From assembly GCA_041652755.1 (NCBI GenBank), contig JBAZGS010000002.1, positions 24,516 to 88,515 on the forward strand: a stretch of DNA of 64,000 bases, given 5' to 3'. The notes beneath the pieces are model-generated. The model did no database searches. It saw only the letters and a list, made by a program, of their open reading frames with translations, and was not told where the DNA came from. The first letter of the stretch is position 1, and each line of letters opens with the position of its first letter. This stretch comes from Candidatus Nanoarchaeia archaeon. Lineage in GTDB: Archaea; Nanobdellota; Nanobdellia; Tiddalikarchaeales; Tiddalikarchaeaceae. Position numbers and translations under genes: made by a program. Positions 19,624-29,639 of this stretch are shown here, in pieces.

Positions 19624-20517
19624 TTATTGAGTTCCAGTTAAAGCATTCTTAACCTGAGCTATAAGGCTAGGCACATCAGCGTCTTTCAAAGAGCCTTTGC
19701 TTAATCCAGCTCCGACAGTTCCAACAATTTTCATGAACTCTGCTGGAAAGATTATTTTGCTTCCAGGCCCTTCACCCATTGATTTTAAAGCCTCAATGTA
19801 TAAATACATCATTGCTTTGTCATCAAAATTCTTTGCCCCTTCACCCAATGCTTTCATCACCAATTTTTTGGCCTCAGCCTTGAATCTGGTGGCTTGCAAA
19901 TCATTGGAAGCAATCTCTTTAGATTGCATAGCAATAGCAATTTCCATTGGAGGAATAACTTCCTTTAGCTGAATCATATTAACATCAATTCCCCATTTCA
20001 AAACATCATTCTTTATAGCATCAATTAATATATCATTGAGGCTGGAAAGATTGGAAAAAACTTCCCTCATGTTCAGCTTTCCAATAACATTCCTTGTTTG
20101 GCTAATAATCAAATTCTGAATGCCTTTGGTGTAATTGTCAATCTTAAGAATTGCTTTTTCAGCATCAACAATTCTGTAATAAAACATGCCATTAATATTC
20201 AGCCTTAAATCATCCAAAGTGTAAGCTTCATCAATGTTTAGCTCAATCATCCTTGTTCTAGCGTCAATTCTTGAGAATTCTTTTTCAAAAAATGGAATAA
20301 CAACGCTCCATCCTGGACCAGCAACCCTGCTGAATTTTCCCATCCTGAAAATGATTCCCCTTTCAAACTCGTCATATTTTTTTATGAAAAAAATGTAAAA
20401 AATCATGAAAACAACTATGAAAATGAACAGGTAAAAAGTCCAAGTTTGAAAGTAAAACAATAAAGCAAAGCCAACAATAATTAATAAGGCTATAAATAAG
20501 TCTTCTCTCATAATCAA
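19624..20517 (-). CDS. SPFH/band-7 (stomatin/prohibitin-like) membrane protein
   Basis: N-terminal TM followed by ERGIIFRMGKF...PGWSVVIPFF, the band-7 signature. Confidence 0.75.
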   Translation of the reverse strand: MIMREDLFIALLIIVGFALLFYFQTWTFYLFIFIVVFMIFYIFFIKKYDEFERGIIFRMGKFSRVAGPGWSVVIPFFEKEFSRIDARTRMIELNIDEAYTLDDLRLNINGMFYYRIVDAEKAILKIDNYTKGIQNLIISQTRNVIGKLNMREVFSNLSSLNDILIDAIKNDVLKWGIDVNMIQLKEVIPPMEIAIAMQSKEIASNDLQATRFKAEAKKLVMKALGEGAKNFDDKAMMYLYIEALKSMGEGPGSKIIFPAEFMKIVGTVGAGLSKGSLKDADVPSLIAQVKNALTGTQ

Positions 20518-20554
20518 TAAAATAATAAATTAGTAGTTTTATACTTTACTATCA

Positions 20555-21289
20555 ATGAAATTTGACATTCACTGCCATTTGACAAGCAAAGAATATGAAT
20601 CCATTAAAGGAGCAATAGATGAGTGCGAAAGAAACAATATAATCCTAATAACTAACGGTTTAGACTATTCAGACAATGAAAAAGTGCTTGAATTATCTAA
20701 AAATTACAAAAACGTTTACCCTTCACTAGGTATGCATCCAACAAATGATTTTGACAATAGAGTAATAAGCCAAATAATCAAAAACAAAAATGAAATAGTG
20801 GCAATTGGAGAGGTTGGTTTGGATTATAAAAATGGCATTAGCAAAGCCCAATCAGTTAATTTTAAAAAATTAATAAAATTATCCCAAGAATTAAATAAGC
20901 CTTTAATAGTTCATTCAAGAAGCGCTGAAAAAGAAGTGATAAATGAGCTAAAAACTTTGAAAGTTCCAGTAATCCTTCACTGTTTCACTGGTAAAAAAAA
21001 ACTTCTAAAAGATGCAATGCTTAACCCCAATATTTATTTTTCAATTCCTGCAAGCATAAAATACTCTGAGCAATTCCAAGCTTTGGCAAAAGAAGTGCCG
21101 ATTAATAGGTTATTATGCGAAACTGACAGCCCTTATTTATGGAAAAGCGGACTAAACACTCCAATTAATGTCATTAATTCTTATGAAATGATTGCCAAAA
21201 TAAAAGGCTTAAAGTTAAGCGATTGCGAAAAAACTATACAAAGCACTGTAAAAAAAGTTTTCAAAATCACAGAATTTAAAAATAATTAA
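20555..21289 (+). CDS. TatD-family metal-dependent hydrolase
   Basis: FDIHCHL N-terminal motif, His/Glu/Asp metal ligands (GEVGLD, VHSR, HCF, ETDSPY). Confidence 0.8.
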   Translation: MKFDIHCHLTSKEYESIKGAIDECERNNIILITNGLDYSDNEKVLELSKNYKNVYPSLGMHPTNDFDNRVISQIIKNKNEIVAIGEVGLDYKNGISKAQSVNFKKLIKLSQELNKPLIVHSRSAEKEVINELKTLKVPVILHCFTGKKKLLKDAMLNPNIYFSIPASIKYSEQFQALAKEVPINRLLCETDSPYLWKSGLNTPINVINSYEMIAKIKGLKLSDCEKTIQSTVKKVFKITEFKNN

Positions 21290-21304
21290 CTTATCAATAA
21301 GCTC

Positions 21305-22681
21305 ATGCAAAAAAGCTTATTTTCAATATTACTAATTCTTGCAATAATCCCTATTGCATGCTCTGGAATTGAAATTAAAACAAGTGCCATAATCAATCAG
21401 GTAAAGCCAGGGGAGATTGTTTCTTACAACTTATTAATAAATAATACTGACATGTGGAATAAAACAGCAACAATATTCTTGCTAACAGACAAGCTTTATG
21501 CAATAGAGCCAACTTACTTTTTAATACTTCCAGGCAACACTCAAACAATAGCCAAAATAAACATTATTGTTCCAAACAATTTAGCTGCCCAAAGGTATTA
21601 TGAGGATGTTTTCATAAAATTCAGCGACTTCACAGAAGTAACACAAAGAATAAGCTATGATGTAAGAGGTCCTGAATTATACTTAAAGCTTGATTCCATG
21701 GAAATTGAGCAAGACATTGACCCCTTGAATGATTTTAACATCAATTTAACAATTGAAAATAATTATTTTGAAAAAGCAAAAACTGCTCTTTTGCAAATAA
21801 ATGTTTATGATGATAGCGACAATTCAGTCTATTACACTTCAAAGCAGATTGATTTACTGGAAGGCATTAATAGCTACAATCTCTCCCTTAATATTGGCGA
21901 AGAATTAACCACTCCTTATCTGAAAATAAACGTTTCAATGAAATGGTTTGAGCTTGATTTAGGGACAATAAGCGGAATAGCAACCCTTCAAGAGCCTTCA
22001 GGAGAAATTGAAATCGTAAAGCAGTCGAACAAAATAATAATCACTAATTCTAAAGAAACAGTAATTCCAGCTTTCAGCCAAGAACAGCAAATAAACATTT
22101 TAGAATCGTTATTGATTAAATCAGCAACAGTTCCATACTCACTAACAGCATCTTCAATAATCTATGAGGTTCCCTCTTTGAATCCAGGAGAAAGCATAAC
22201 ATTAAGCTATGAAATAGACTACTTGCTTCCATTATTAGTCCTGCTATTTCTAATAATATTGACTTATTTCTCTTTAACCAAATCTATTAAGGTCAAAAAA
22301 GAATTAAAAGACATTAAAATAAGCCATAACTCCCTTAGTTTCAAAATAGTGCTGAAAATAACCAATGTTTCAAGCAAAAAATTCAGCCATTTAAAAATCC
22401 TGGAACATTTGCCATCAATAATCTCTGACATTCACAGCTTTGGCACAGTGCATGGAGACATAAAAATAATCAACAAGCAAAAATTCATCCAATGGGAAGT
22501 TAAGAATTTAAAGCCAAAAGAAGAGGTTGAATTCAGCTACAAAGCCAACACTAAAATAGGGTTCTTAGGGGATTTAACACTTGACAATAGCAGGGTTGAA
22601 ATACTAAATGATGAGGGCAAAATTGACAAAAAACTCAACACTCAAACAATAGTGCTTTCAATAAACCAAAAAAATAAATGA
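21305..22681 (+). CDS. cell-surface protein (signal peptide, C-terminal TM)
   Basis: N-terminal hydrophobic signal and a LLPLLVLLFLIILTYF TM segment near residue 300. Confidence 0.35.
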   Translation: MQKSLFSILLILAIIPIACSGIEIKTSAIINQVKPGEIVSYNLLINNTDMWNKTATIFLLTDKLYAIEPTYFLILPGNTQTIAKINIIVPNNLAAQRYYEDVFIKFSDFTEVTQRISYDVRGPELYLKLDSMEIEQDIDPLNDFNINLTIENNYFEKAKTALLQINVYDDSDNSVYYTSKQIDLLEGINSYNLSLNIGEELTTPYLKINVSMKWFELDLGTISGIATLQEPSGEIEIVKQSNKIIITNSKETVIPAFSQEQQINILESLLIKSATVPYSLTASSIIYEVPSLNPGESITLSYEIDYLLPLLVLLFLIILTYFSLTKSIKVKKELKDIKISHNSLSFKIVLKITNVSSKKFSHLKILEHLPSIISDIHSFGTVHGDIKIINKQKFIQWEVKNLKPKEEVEFSYKANTKIGFLGDLTLDNSRVEILNDEGKIDKKLNTQTIVLSINQKNK

Positions 22682-23013
22682 ACCAAAAAGGTTATAAAGA
22701 ATTGTTTTTTTATTTTTCTCCTATGTTAGATAAATATTTCAGCACATTCAATGTTTTATGCTCTGAAGATAAAGAGACAATTTCCAAGGAAAAATTCCAG
22801 CAACTTTTAAAAATAAGATTAAACAGAACCCACAGCACTACTGATTTAGAAACAGTCATCATAAAGACTCGCGAGCAATTCTTAAGCTCAGTCAATGATG
22901 AAATGTACATTGGCGATTTATTCCAGGAGATCTATAACCCTAACAAGCAGTCATTGGATTCTAAAAAAGACTATGTCTATAGCGAATTCCATAATTACTT
23001 CTTAACAGAATAA
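22678..23013 (+). CDS. hypothetical protein
   Basis: 111-aa ORF overlapping the upstream stop. Confidence 0.3.
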   Translation: MNQKGYKELFFYFSPMLDKYFSTFNVLCSEDKETISKEKFQQLLKIRLNRTHSTTDLETVIIKTREQFLSSVNDEMYIGDLFQEIYNPNKQSLDSKKDYVYSEFHNYFLTE

Positions 23014-23073
23014 GATTTAATACTGCCAAGTGATAAAGTTTAAAAATACTATATTAGCTAATATATTATTAAT

Positions 23074-23145
23074 GCTCTGGTAGTCTAGTGGTTAGGACAT
23101 CAGCCTGTCACGCCGATAACCTGGGTTCGAATCCCAGCCAGGGCG
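23074..23145 (+). tRNA. tRNA-Asp (GTC)
   Basis: Acceptor GCTCTGG/CCAGGGC with one G-U pair, anticodon loop cTGTCAc, T-arm ctgggttcgaatcccag. Its 3' end is the attachment core of the adjacent element. Confidence 0.85.
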
Positions 23146-23197
23146 GGAATTCCATAGGTATCACTTAAGGTATGAACTAAAAAGAACAAATACTTAG

Positions 23198-24397
23198 GTG
23201 ATATACATGGATGAATTAGACATACATGACAGAAGAAAAAGATATGAAAAAACTGTCAAAAATATAGAAAAAGACAAAAATTTAACAACAAAAAATAAAG
23301 AATTTCTATTAAAATTAAAAGATGACTTATTTGCATTCGGCCTAAGTCTTGATAGGGTATTATTTTATCTGCATAGACTTAAAAGAATGGGCAAATGGCT
23401 TAACATGGATTTTGATAAAGCAACAATTGATGATCTAAAAAGATTAATTGTTGAACATGTTGAGAATGGAAGAGTTCCATCAACAGGAAAATCTTACACA
23501 GAAAATACTAAGAGAGATTTCAAACGATCCTTAAAGAGTTTTTACAAATGGATAGCAGAAATTCCATGGACAGAAATGAATTATCCAGACAAAGTCAAAT
23601 GGATTAACATAGGATTAAAACAATGCAAAGCAAGACTTCCGGATGACTTACTCTCAAAAGAAGATATAAACAAAATGATTGCTCATTCAGGAAATTTAAG
23701 AGACAAAGCAATGATTTCAACACTTTATGAAGGAGGTTTTAGAATAGGAGAATTATTAAATATTAAACTTAGGGATTTAAGCTTCACAGAATATGGAGTA
23801 AAAGTTATTGTTTCAGGAAAAACAGGAATGAGAACAGACTTATTAATAAATTCAACACAACTGCTTGCAACATGGATAGAAAATCATCCACTAAGAGACA
23901 AAAGAGACAGTTATTTATGGATTACTATGTCAACAAACAACAAAGGCAAAGGAATGAAATATGGAGGAGTAGCCAAGAGATTTAAAGAGATTGCAAAATT
24001 ATCAGAAATACAGAAAGATGTTAATCCTCATAACTTTCGACACAGCAGAGCATCAGAGTTAGCAAATAAATTAACAGAAGCTCAAATGTGCAACTATTTT
24101 GGATGGAGATTAGGCAGTAAAATGCCAGCAATCTATGTTCATCTCTCAGGAAGAGACATTGACGATGCCATTTTGAAGATGCATGGCTTAAAAAAGCATG
24201 AAGAAGAGCTGGAATTCACAGAAATCAAATGCCCAAGATGTAATCAAAAAAACAACTCAGCAAGCAAATACTGCTCATACTGTGGACTACTCGTTGATGA
24301 AAAAGAGGCCATAACAATGGTAAAAGTAGGAAATGACATGATACCTTACTCAGCAATCCAAGAAATGATAAAAGCAGAGATACAAAGAATGAAATAA
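23198..24397 (+). CDS. int: tyrosine recombinase/integrase
   Basis: Catalytic signature R...HNFRHS...Y (IYVHLS) and a C-terminal Zn ribbon CPRCN...CSYC. Confidence 0.85.
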   Translation: MIYMDELDIHDRRKRYEKTVKNIEKDKNLTTKNKEFLLKLKDDLFAFGLSLDRVLFYLHRLKRMGKWLNMDFDKATIDDLKRLIVEHVENGRVPSTGKSYTENTKRDFKRSLKSFYKWIAEIPWTEMNYPDKVKWINIGLKQCKARLPDDLLSKEDINKMIAHSGNLRDKAMISTLYEGGFRIGELLNIKLRDLSFTEYGVKVIVSGKTGMRTDLLINSTQLLATWIENHPLRDKRDSYLWITMSTNNKGKGMKYGGVAKRFKEIAKLSEIQKDVNPHNFRHSRASELANKLTEAQMCNYFGWRLGSKMPAIYVHLSGRDIDDAILKMHGLKKHEEELEFTEIKCPRCNQKNNSASKYCSYCGLLVDEKEAITMVKVGNDMIPYSAIQEMIKAEIQRMK

Positions 24398-24404
24398 TTT
24401 AATT

Positions 24405-25637
24405 TTATTCTAATGAATCAAATCTTATTTTTTCATATTTTTCTATTATTATATCTAATAATTCCTCAGGTGAATTAATATTGTCTAATTCTTTTTTTAA
24501 TATTTCAATAATTGAAATATTAACATGATGAAATGCTTTAATTTTAGTTAATTTACATATTTTTCCAAGATCCCCAGTTGTTCCTTCAACAGAAAATATA
24601 ATTCCAAATTTACAATTATGAAAAATTAATTTAGTTAAAAAATGATTTAATTGGCTAGAATTAACTTTTTCAGTTGTATTTTTGCATTCGCATAAAACAT
24701 ATTCTCCAAATAAATTTTTAAATGGATAAATTAGATTATTTCTAAAAGCTATATCTATTTGATACTCTTTTAATATATTATCACTAGGTCCGACATTTAT
24801 ATTTTTAATAACATTTATTTGATCCAAAGTACTTAATAAATAAGTACAACAATCTTCAAATCTTAATCCTTTTTCATTATTATCTTTTGAATTTTTAATC
24901 CAATTAGAAAAAATATTCAATAAATTTTTATTAAAACTATTTAAAAAACTAAATTTATTTTTTTCTTTTGAATAAAAATAAATAAAACTTTCTGGAAAAT
25001 AAATAAAATCTTTTAAACTATCATAATTTTTCCTAACAAATGAAACAATTTCATCTAATTTTTCTTGAGAAAAAAATTCTGTTTTAAGAACTAAATATGC
25101 TTTTCCCATATAACAAGTGGATATTTTTTTTTCTATTTCACTAACAATATCTTCAATAAATGCAAATAAAGTGTATTGTTTCAATTTTTCAACATTATTC
25201 TTTTTTCTATAAATCCAACCTAATTGATGTAATATAAGTCCTTTATGAATTCTTTCTTTCTTTTCTAATTCATAATCATTTAAAAATTTATAAATATCTT
25301 TATATGCATATTCTGCTAATAATAAAAATTCTGCTGATTTAAATTCATTATATAACATAAAATAAAAGTATCCAATAGTATTTGAAAGAATTAATATTTC
25401 TTTAGTCTCTTTTATTTCCTTTAATAAAGCAATAAAAGAATGAAAATAATCATAAGAATTATTTGCTTTTGCACAAGTTTCAATTAGTCTTTTCCCCTCA
25501 ACTGAATAATCTTTTGTAATTTCATTTAATTCTTTATCTAACTTATCTTTTAATCCTTGAGGAATAATTCCTTCATAATTATTTTTTTCAATAACATATT
25601 TCATCAATAATTTTGCTATTCCAAATTCATCAACCAT
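24405..25637 (-). CDS. Mrr-like PD-(D/E)xK nuclease domain protein with uncharacterised alpha-helical N-terminal region
   Basis: C-terminal RFEDCC ... QIDIAF ... GEYVLCECK ... FGIIFSVEG fits the Mrr_cat E/D/ExK core. The N-terminal roughly 270 aa have no recognised motif. Confidence 0.45.
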   Translation of the reverse strand: MVDEFGIAKLLMKYVIEKNNYEGIIPQGLKDKLDKELNEITKDYSVEGKRLIETCAKANNSYDYFHSFIALLKEIKETKEILILSNTIGYFYFMLYNEFKSAEFLLLAEYAYKDIYKFLNDYELEKKERIHKGLILHQLGWIYRKKNNVEKLKQYTLFAFIEDIVSEIEKKISTCYMGKAYLVLKTEFFSQEKLDEIVSFVRKNYDSLKDFIYFPESFIYFYSKEKNKFSFLNSFNKNLLNIFSNWIKNSKDNNEKGLRFEDCCTYLLSTLDQINVIKNINVGPSDNILKEYQIDIAFRNNLIYPFKNLFGEYVLCECKNTTEKVNSSQLNHFLTKLIFHNCKFGIIFSVEGTTGDLGKICKLTKIKAFHHVNISIIEILKKELDNINSPEELLDIIIEKYEKIRFDSLE

Positions 25638-25729
25638 TAAAATTTAAATAATTTTTAACTATAAAAATATACCTTATTTAATAAAATTTCATAGACTGAA
25701 AAATATATTATTTTATTGATGTTTTTTCT

Positions 25730-26263
25730 TTAATAATCATTTTTTTTTACAAAAGAATCAAACATAATTAAATCAATATTAATATCTTTAAAGAATAAAT
25801 CAAAAAAATAATTAGCTTCTTTTTTTATTTCTTTATTACCTATTTTTGTAAAAAGCCATAAATATTTTGGAAAAGCATCAAATAAATATTTTAATCCTTC
25901 TTCATAAGGTAATCCATCTCTAGTTTTATATTTTAAATAAAAAACTTTATCTGATTCCTTTTTCTCAATTATTTTTTTTAAAAAAATTTCTGCAATAGGT
26001 ATTAATTTATCCCATTTTTTTATAATATTTAGTTTAATACATTTGCTTATAAATCCATTATAATTTATTTCATAAGTTATTGGTTTTCCATCATTTTTCT
26101 TAATTAATCCTTTTTTAGTCAAAATTCTTAATTCTTTATTAATATTATCTATATCTCTATTTCTTATTTTTTTTAATTCTAATGCAGATAAAGGTTTATG
26201 AATTAATTCAATAAAATCATTAAAATATTCTTTACTTCTATAAGGATATTTTACTTCTTCCAT
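25730..26263 (-). CDS. winged-helix domain protein
   Basis: LSALELKKIRNRDIDNINKELRILTKKGLIKK...ITYEIN is a wHTH pattern. Lies upstream of, and co-oriented with, the Mrr-like gene. Confidence 0.35.
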   Translation of the reverse strand: MEEVKYPYRSKEYFNDFIELIHKPLSALELKKIRNRDIDNINKELRILTKKGLIKKNDGKPITYEINYNGFISKCIKLNIIKKWDKLIPIAEIFLKKIIEKKESDKVFYLKYKTRDGLPYEEGLKYLFDAFPKYLWLFTKIGNKEIKKEANYFFDLFFKDINIDLIMFDSFVKKNDY

Positions 26264-26316
26264 AGGTAATTTTATACCCCAAAATAATATATAAAAATGT
26301 TGATTTTTGATTATTT

Positions 26317-26475
26317 ATGACAATTATTACAAAGAATATTTGTTTAGATGAAGATTTATTTAATAAATCAAAACAAATATGTAAAAGTACAGGACGAACA
26401 TTTTCTGGATTCGTGAGATTCCTTATTGAGAGGGAAATGGAAAAAGATGAAGGGAGTGGGAATAATGGAAATTAA
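26317..26475 (+). CDS. ribbon-helix-helix (CopG-like) protein, 52 aa
   Basis: Hand-translated MTIITKNICLDEDLFNKSKQICKSTGRTFSGFVRFLIEREMEK, with the RHH pattern of beta-strand, then helix, GR, then helix. Confidence 0.4.
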   Translation: MTIITKNICLDEDLFNKSKQICKSTGRTFSGFVRFLIEREMEKDEGSGNNGN

Positions 26476-26573
26476 ATCTTCTTTTAAAAACTGGTCTGAT
26501 TTAATGGATTTTGTTAAGTTAGAAGCCAAAGAGCAATTAATTAAACAAATTAAGAAAAAAGAGGTTAAATCTA

Positions 26574-26792
26574 ATGATGACAAAGGCACAAATTGATTTT
26601 GAATCTTGTAATTTTAGGGATGAATTAATCCTTTTTTTAATTAAACAAATGAATTGTGCAAGTCTTGAAACTTTAACTATTGTATCAGGGATTACTAAAG
26701 AAAAATTAACCAAAGTAATAAAAAGATTACAACAAAGAAAATTAATCAAAATTGCTACAACAATTAGAACAAATTATTATGGGGTGGTATAA
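26574..26792 (+). CDS. winged-helix DNA-binding protein
   Basis: ASLETLTIVSGITKEKLTKVIKRLQQRKLIKI is an HTH plus wing pattern. Confidence 0.4.
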   Translation: MMTKAQIDFESCNFRDELILFLIKQMNCASLETLTIVSGITKEKLTKVIKRLQQRKLIKIATTIRTNYYGVV

Positions 26793-27311
26793 ATGAATGA
26801 ATCAGATGAATTAATAAATAAAAAATTAGATTTAATTTTACAAAAAGTAATCAATATAGAAGAAAAACAAAGTTTGCGCATTAATGATACTAAAAAACAA
26901 CAATGTGAATTAATTAAAGAAAAACTTGAAGAAAATTCGGTTATTTCAAGTAATGGAATAAGTGATTTATTTAATTTTACTTATGCAGAGTATACTTATA
27001 GGTTAATTAAAACGTTTTCTAAACTTTATCCTAAAATATGTAAACTTATAAATGGAAAAAAAGGAAAAAATCCAAATATTATCCTAAATAAAAAGTCAAA
27101 TATATACTTAGCACTTAATTATCTTTATTCCAATTGTCCAAAAATTAATGATTACTTTAGTTTAAAGACTATTGAAATGCAATTCAATTTTAAATCTAAT
27201 GATTTAACTGTGTTTAAAGAAATCTTATTTCATTATCTTATTGATGAATGGAAATGTGGAGAAGATAATCATATAATTGTGCGTAAAAAAATAATAAGTG
27301 AAGTGTTTTAA
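26793..27311 (+). CDS. hypothetical protein
   Basis: 172-aa ORF with a start overlapping the upstream stop (taaATG). Confidence 0.3.
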   Translation: MNESDELINKKLDLILQKVINIEEKQSLRINDTKKQQCELIKEKLEENSVISSNGISDLFNFTYAEYTYRLIKTFSKLYPKICKLINGKKGKNPNIILNKKSNIYLALNYLYSNCPKINDYFSLKTIEMQFNFKSNDLTVFKEILFHYLIDEWKCGEDNHIIVRKKIISEVF

Positions 27312-27550
27312 TAAATATTATTAACAAAAGAGTTACAAATTATATTTTTTTTTTAATGCTCCCAATTATTAATAATAAATATTAACAGTATTGTTGTTTA
27401 TTTATTGTATTTTATTATTATATTATATATAATATATTTGTAACTTAATTGTTATAATATTAGTTTAACATAAACAAACAAAATTTAATTAAATTTATTA
27501 AAAAAATGCTGCTAAAATAGAAAGAAACGACAGACAAAAATCCAGTATAA

Positions 27551-27645
27551 GCAAGAGAGTAAGCAAGAGAAAATTAATAATCATAGCTCGAGGCATAGCC
27601 CGAGAAATTGTCCATAGCGAGAGCCATAGCATGAGAAAATGATTT
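27551..27645. repeat. cluster of short direct repeats (2x gcaagaga; 4x CATAGC-N-GAG units) in a 387-bp AT-rich intergenic region
   Basis: gcaagaga at 27551 and 27563. catagc at 27582, 27594, 27613 and 27625, each followed by (c/t)cgag or gagag. Confidence 0.5.
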
Positions 27646-27698
27646 TTTTTTTATCAAATATATTTGAGAAATAATATATTAAATAATCATATGCAACA

Positions 27699-28172
27699 TT
27701 ATTTATAATATCTTAATTTTATATTATAAGTTATTGTATTTGGAATTTCAAATAACAAATCTATATCTTCTGATTCTAAAGGTTGTAAATAATCTGAAAA
27801 TACATCTGAATAGCCGTTTAATACATATTTTGAGTAATCATTTTGACTAATCCAGTCATTATTTATACAATCATATATATTTCCATGATCATCTAATAAC
27901 TTAAATTTATCTGAGTTAATATATTTTGAGGTTTTTCCTATATTTTTTATAGTAATTTCAACAATCGCAACATTTTGTTTTATACTATTAGAATAATATT
28001 TATTTAATACTGTTCCTGTGGGTGAAGCTGTTGAAGATTCTAAACGAATGGATAAATTATTTAATTCTTGTGTTTCTAAAGGAGAAATATCAATATATTT
28101 TTTTGAATCCGAATCTGATACTAATCCAATTAAAATTATAATTACAACTATCCAAAAAATACTAATTTTCAT
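27699..28172 (-). CDS. secreted/membrane-anchored protein (DUF4352-like fold suspected)
   Basis: N-terminal TM/signal MKISIFWIVVIIILIGLVS, then a beta-rich domain. Confidence 0.3.
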   Translation of the reverse strand: MKISIFWIVVIIILIGLVSDSDSKKYIDISPLETQELNNLSIRLESSTASPTGTVLNKYYSNSIKQNVAIVEITIKNIGKTSKYINSDKFKLLDDHGNIYDCINNDWISQNDYSKYVLNGYSDVFSDYLQPLESEDIDLLFEIPNTITYNIKLRYYK

Positions 28173-28238
28173 TATTTTAACGCCTCTTTAACGTATTCTT
28201 AACCTATTCAAATAAAAACAACACGTTTTAAAAACGTT

Positions 28239-28490
28239 ATGGATTGGTTAAAATTAGGTAAAGTTAAAGGAAGTAAAAATAAGAAAATAATAATTAATGC
28301 TTTAAACAAGCCAAAAACACCAACAGAACTATCCCAAGAGCTAAAAATAGCAAGATCAACATGCAGTAGCACACTTTTAGAACTTGAAACAATGCAATTA
28401 GTTAAATGCTTAACCCCAGAACTAAAACTAGGAAGATTATACCAACTAACAGAAGAAGGAGAAGAAATAAAGAAAGAAATTAAATTATAA
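28239..28490 (+). CDS. winged-helix transcriptional regulator (ArsR/MarR-like)
   Basis: TPTELSQELKIARSTCSSTLLELETMQLVK. Sits directly upstream of the three-gene operon. Confidence 0.45.
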   Translation: MDWLKLGKVKGSKNKKIIINALNKPKTPTELSQELKIARSTCSSTLLELETMQLVKCLTPELKLGRLYQLTEEGEEIKKEIKL

Positions 28491-28532
28491 TGTTAACCTT
28501 TTAAACTTATAACTTTTAATATTATACTAAAC

Positions 28533-29639
28533 ATGTTATCTAAAAAAAATAAAAAATTGAATCCTCAAAAAAAAGGAAAAAAAGGTGAAAATAATTCAAT
28601 TAAAGCTTTAAAAGTATTATTTGAACAATTTTCTAGAATTAGTTCAATAAGAAAATATGAATCTGGTTTTCAGGGAGGAAAAGATATTAAAACATTTGCT
28701 TTTTTCAAAAAAAATAATTTTTTAGGTATTGTTGGAGATAAAAATTTAAAATGGTTTTTTGAAGTTAAACATTATGAAAGTAAATTAAATCCAGAAAAAG
28801 TTGTTTATAAAATTCATCAAGTTAAAGCTTCTAATTTAGAAATTGATTGTTTTTGTTTATTTTCTCCTAAAGAAGATATTCATGGTATATTGGAAGATAG
28901 TTTATCAGAAAAAAAAGTGTTAGATAATCCTGAATATCCATTTAAAATTGTATTATGGACTCCCTCTCAAAATATTAAAAGTAAATTATCTTGTTTTCCT
29001 GAAGTATATAAGGAAATTTATGATGAAGAAAGTAATATTTCAGATGATGATAAAAAAGAAATATTAAATAATTGGATCGAAGAAATTTATAAACAAACAG
29101 AAGAAGGAAAAAAAATACGTGAAGATTTTGTTACTAAATTTAAAGGAATAAATCCTATTTGGATTCCTGAAAGTATAAATTATGCACAAAATATAATTAT
29201 TGATGATGAAGGTCAAAAAACATTTTCTGAAAAACAATCAATATTAGAACAAAAACTTCGTATGGGAGGTATAAATGAATACCAAGATATTCTTAAAGCA
29301 AAAAGAAATAGAATATTAAGTGAAGGAATAAGAAGAAAATATAAAAAATCGGATGAAATTATTTTTATGGAATTGACCTCTATTAAATATGAATTAGAAA
29401 ATTTTTGTCTTGATTTAGAAAAAAATATTTTAGAAAAAGAATCAACTAATGAAGCAAGATTATTTTTAATAGAATTTTTTAATAAACTTGAAGAATTTAA
29501 ACAAAAATGTAAAAACAAAGAAATAATAGAAAAATTACCTAATTATTACTTTGATGGACAAATGTATGAAATAACTTCAGAATGCTTATTAAGTTTATCA
29601 AAAAAATGGTTAAAAGAAATAAAAGGTATATTAAAATGA
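28533..29639 (+). CDS. PD-(D/E)xK nuclease-domain protein (LmuA/DdmA-like candidate effector)
   Basis: N-terminal KALKVLFEQF ... GIVGD ... FFEVKHY, the E / D / ExK arrangement. The stop overlaps the next gene's ATG (ATGA). Confidence 0.45.
   Translation: MLSKKNKKLNPQKKGKKGENNSIKALKVLFEQFSRISSIRKYESGFQGGKDIKTFAFFKKNNFLGIVGDKNLKWFFEVKHYESKLNPEKVVYKIHQVKASNLEIDCFCLFSPKEDIHGILEDSLSEKKVLDNPEYPFKIVLWTPSQNIKSKLSCFPEVYKEIYDEESNISDDDKKEILNNWIEEIYKQTEEGKKIREDFVTKFKGINPIWIPESINYAQNIIIDDEGQKTFSEKQSILEQKLRMGGINEYQDILKAKRNRILSEGIRRKYKKSDEIIFMELTSIKYELENFCLDLEKNILEKESTNEARLFLIEFFNKLEEFKQKCKNKEIIEKLPNYYFDGQMYEITSECLLSLSKKWLKEIKGILK

Noticed and set aside
26368-26749. Two minus-strand ORFs (73 and 70 aa) in the element's regulator region
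   Set aside because: They overlap plus-strand ORFs that carry recognisable RHH and wHTH motifs. Long accidental ORFs are expected at this low GC.
27551-27645. Possible CRISPR array
   Set aside because: The repeats are only 6-12 nt with irregular spacing. No repeat-spacer periodicity of 24-40 nt with spacers of similar size is seen anywhere in the window.
29582-29635. Upstream start (MLIKFIKK...) for the middle gene, as in the ORF track
   Set aside because: It would overlap gene 1 by 58 nt. An internal ATG at 29636 forms an ATGA overlap with the gene-1 stop and mirrors the ATGA junction at 30124, so it is the more likely start.
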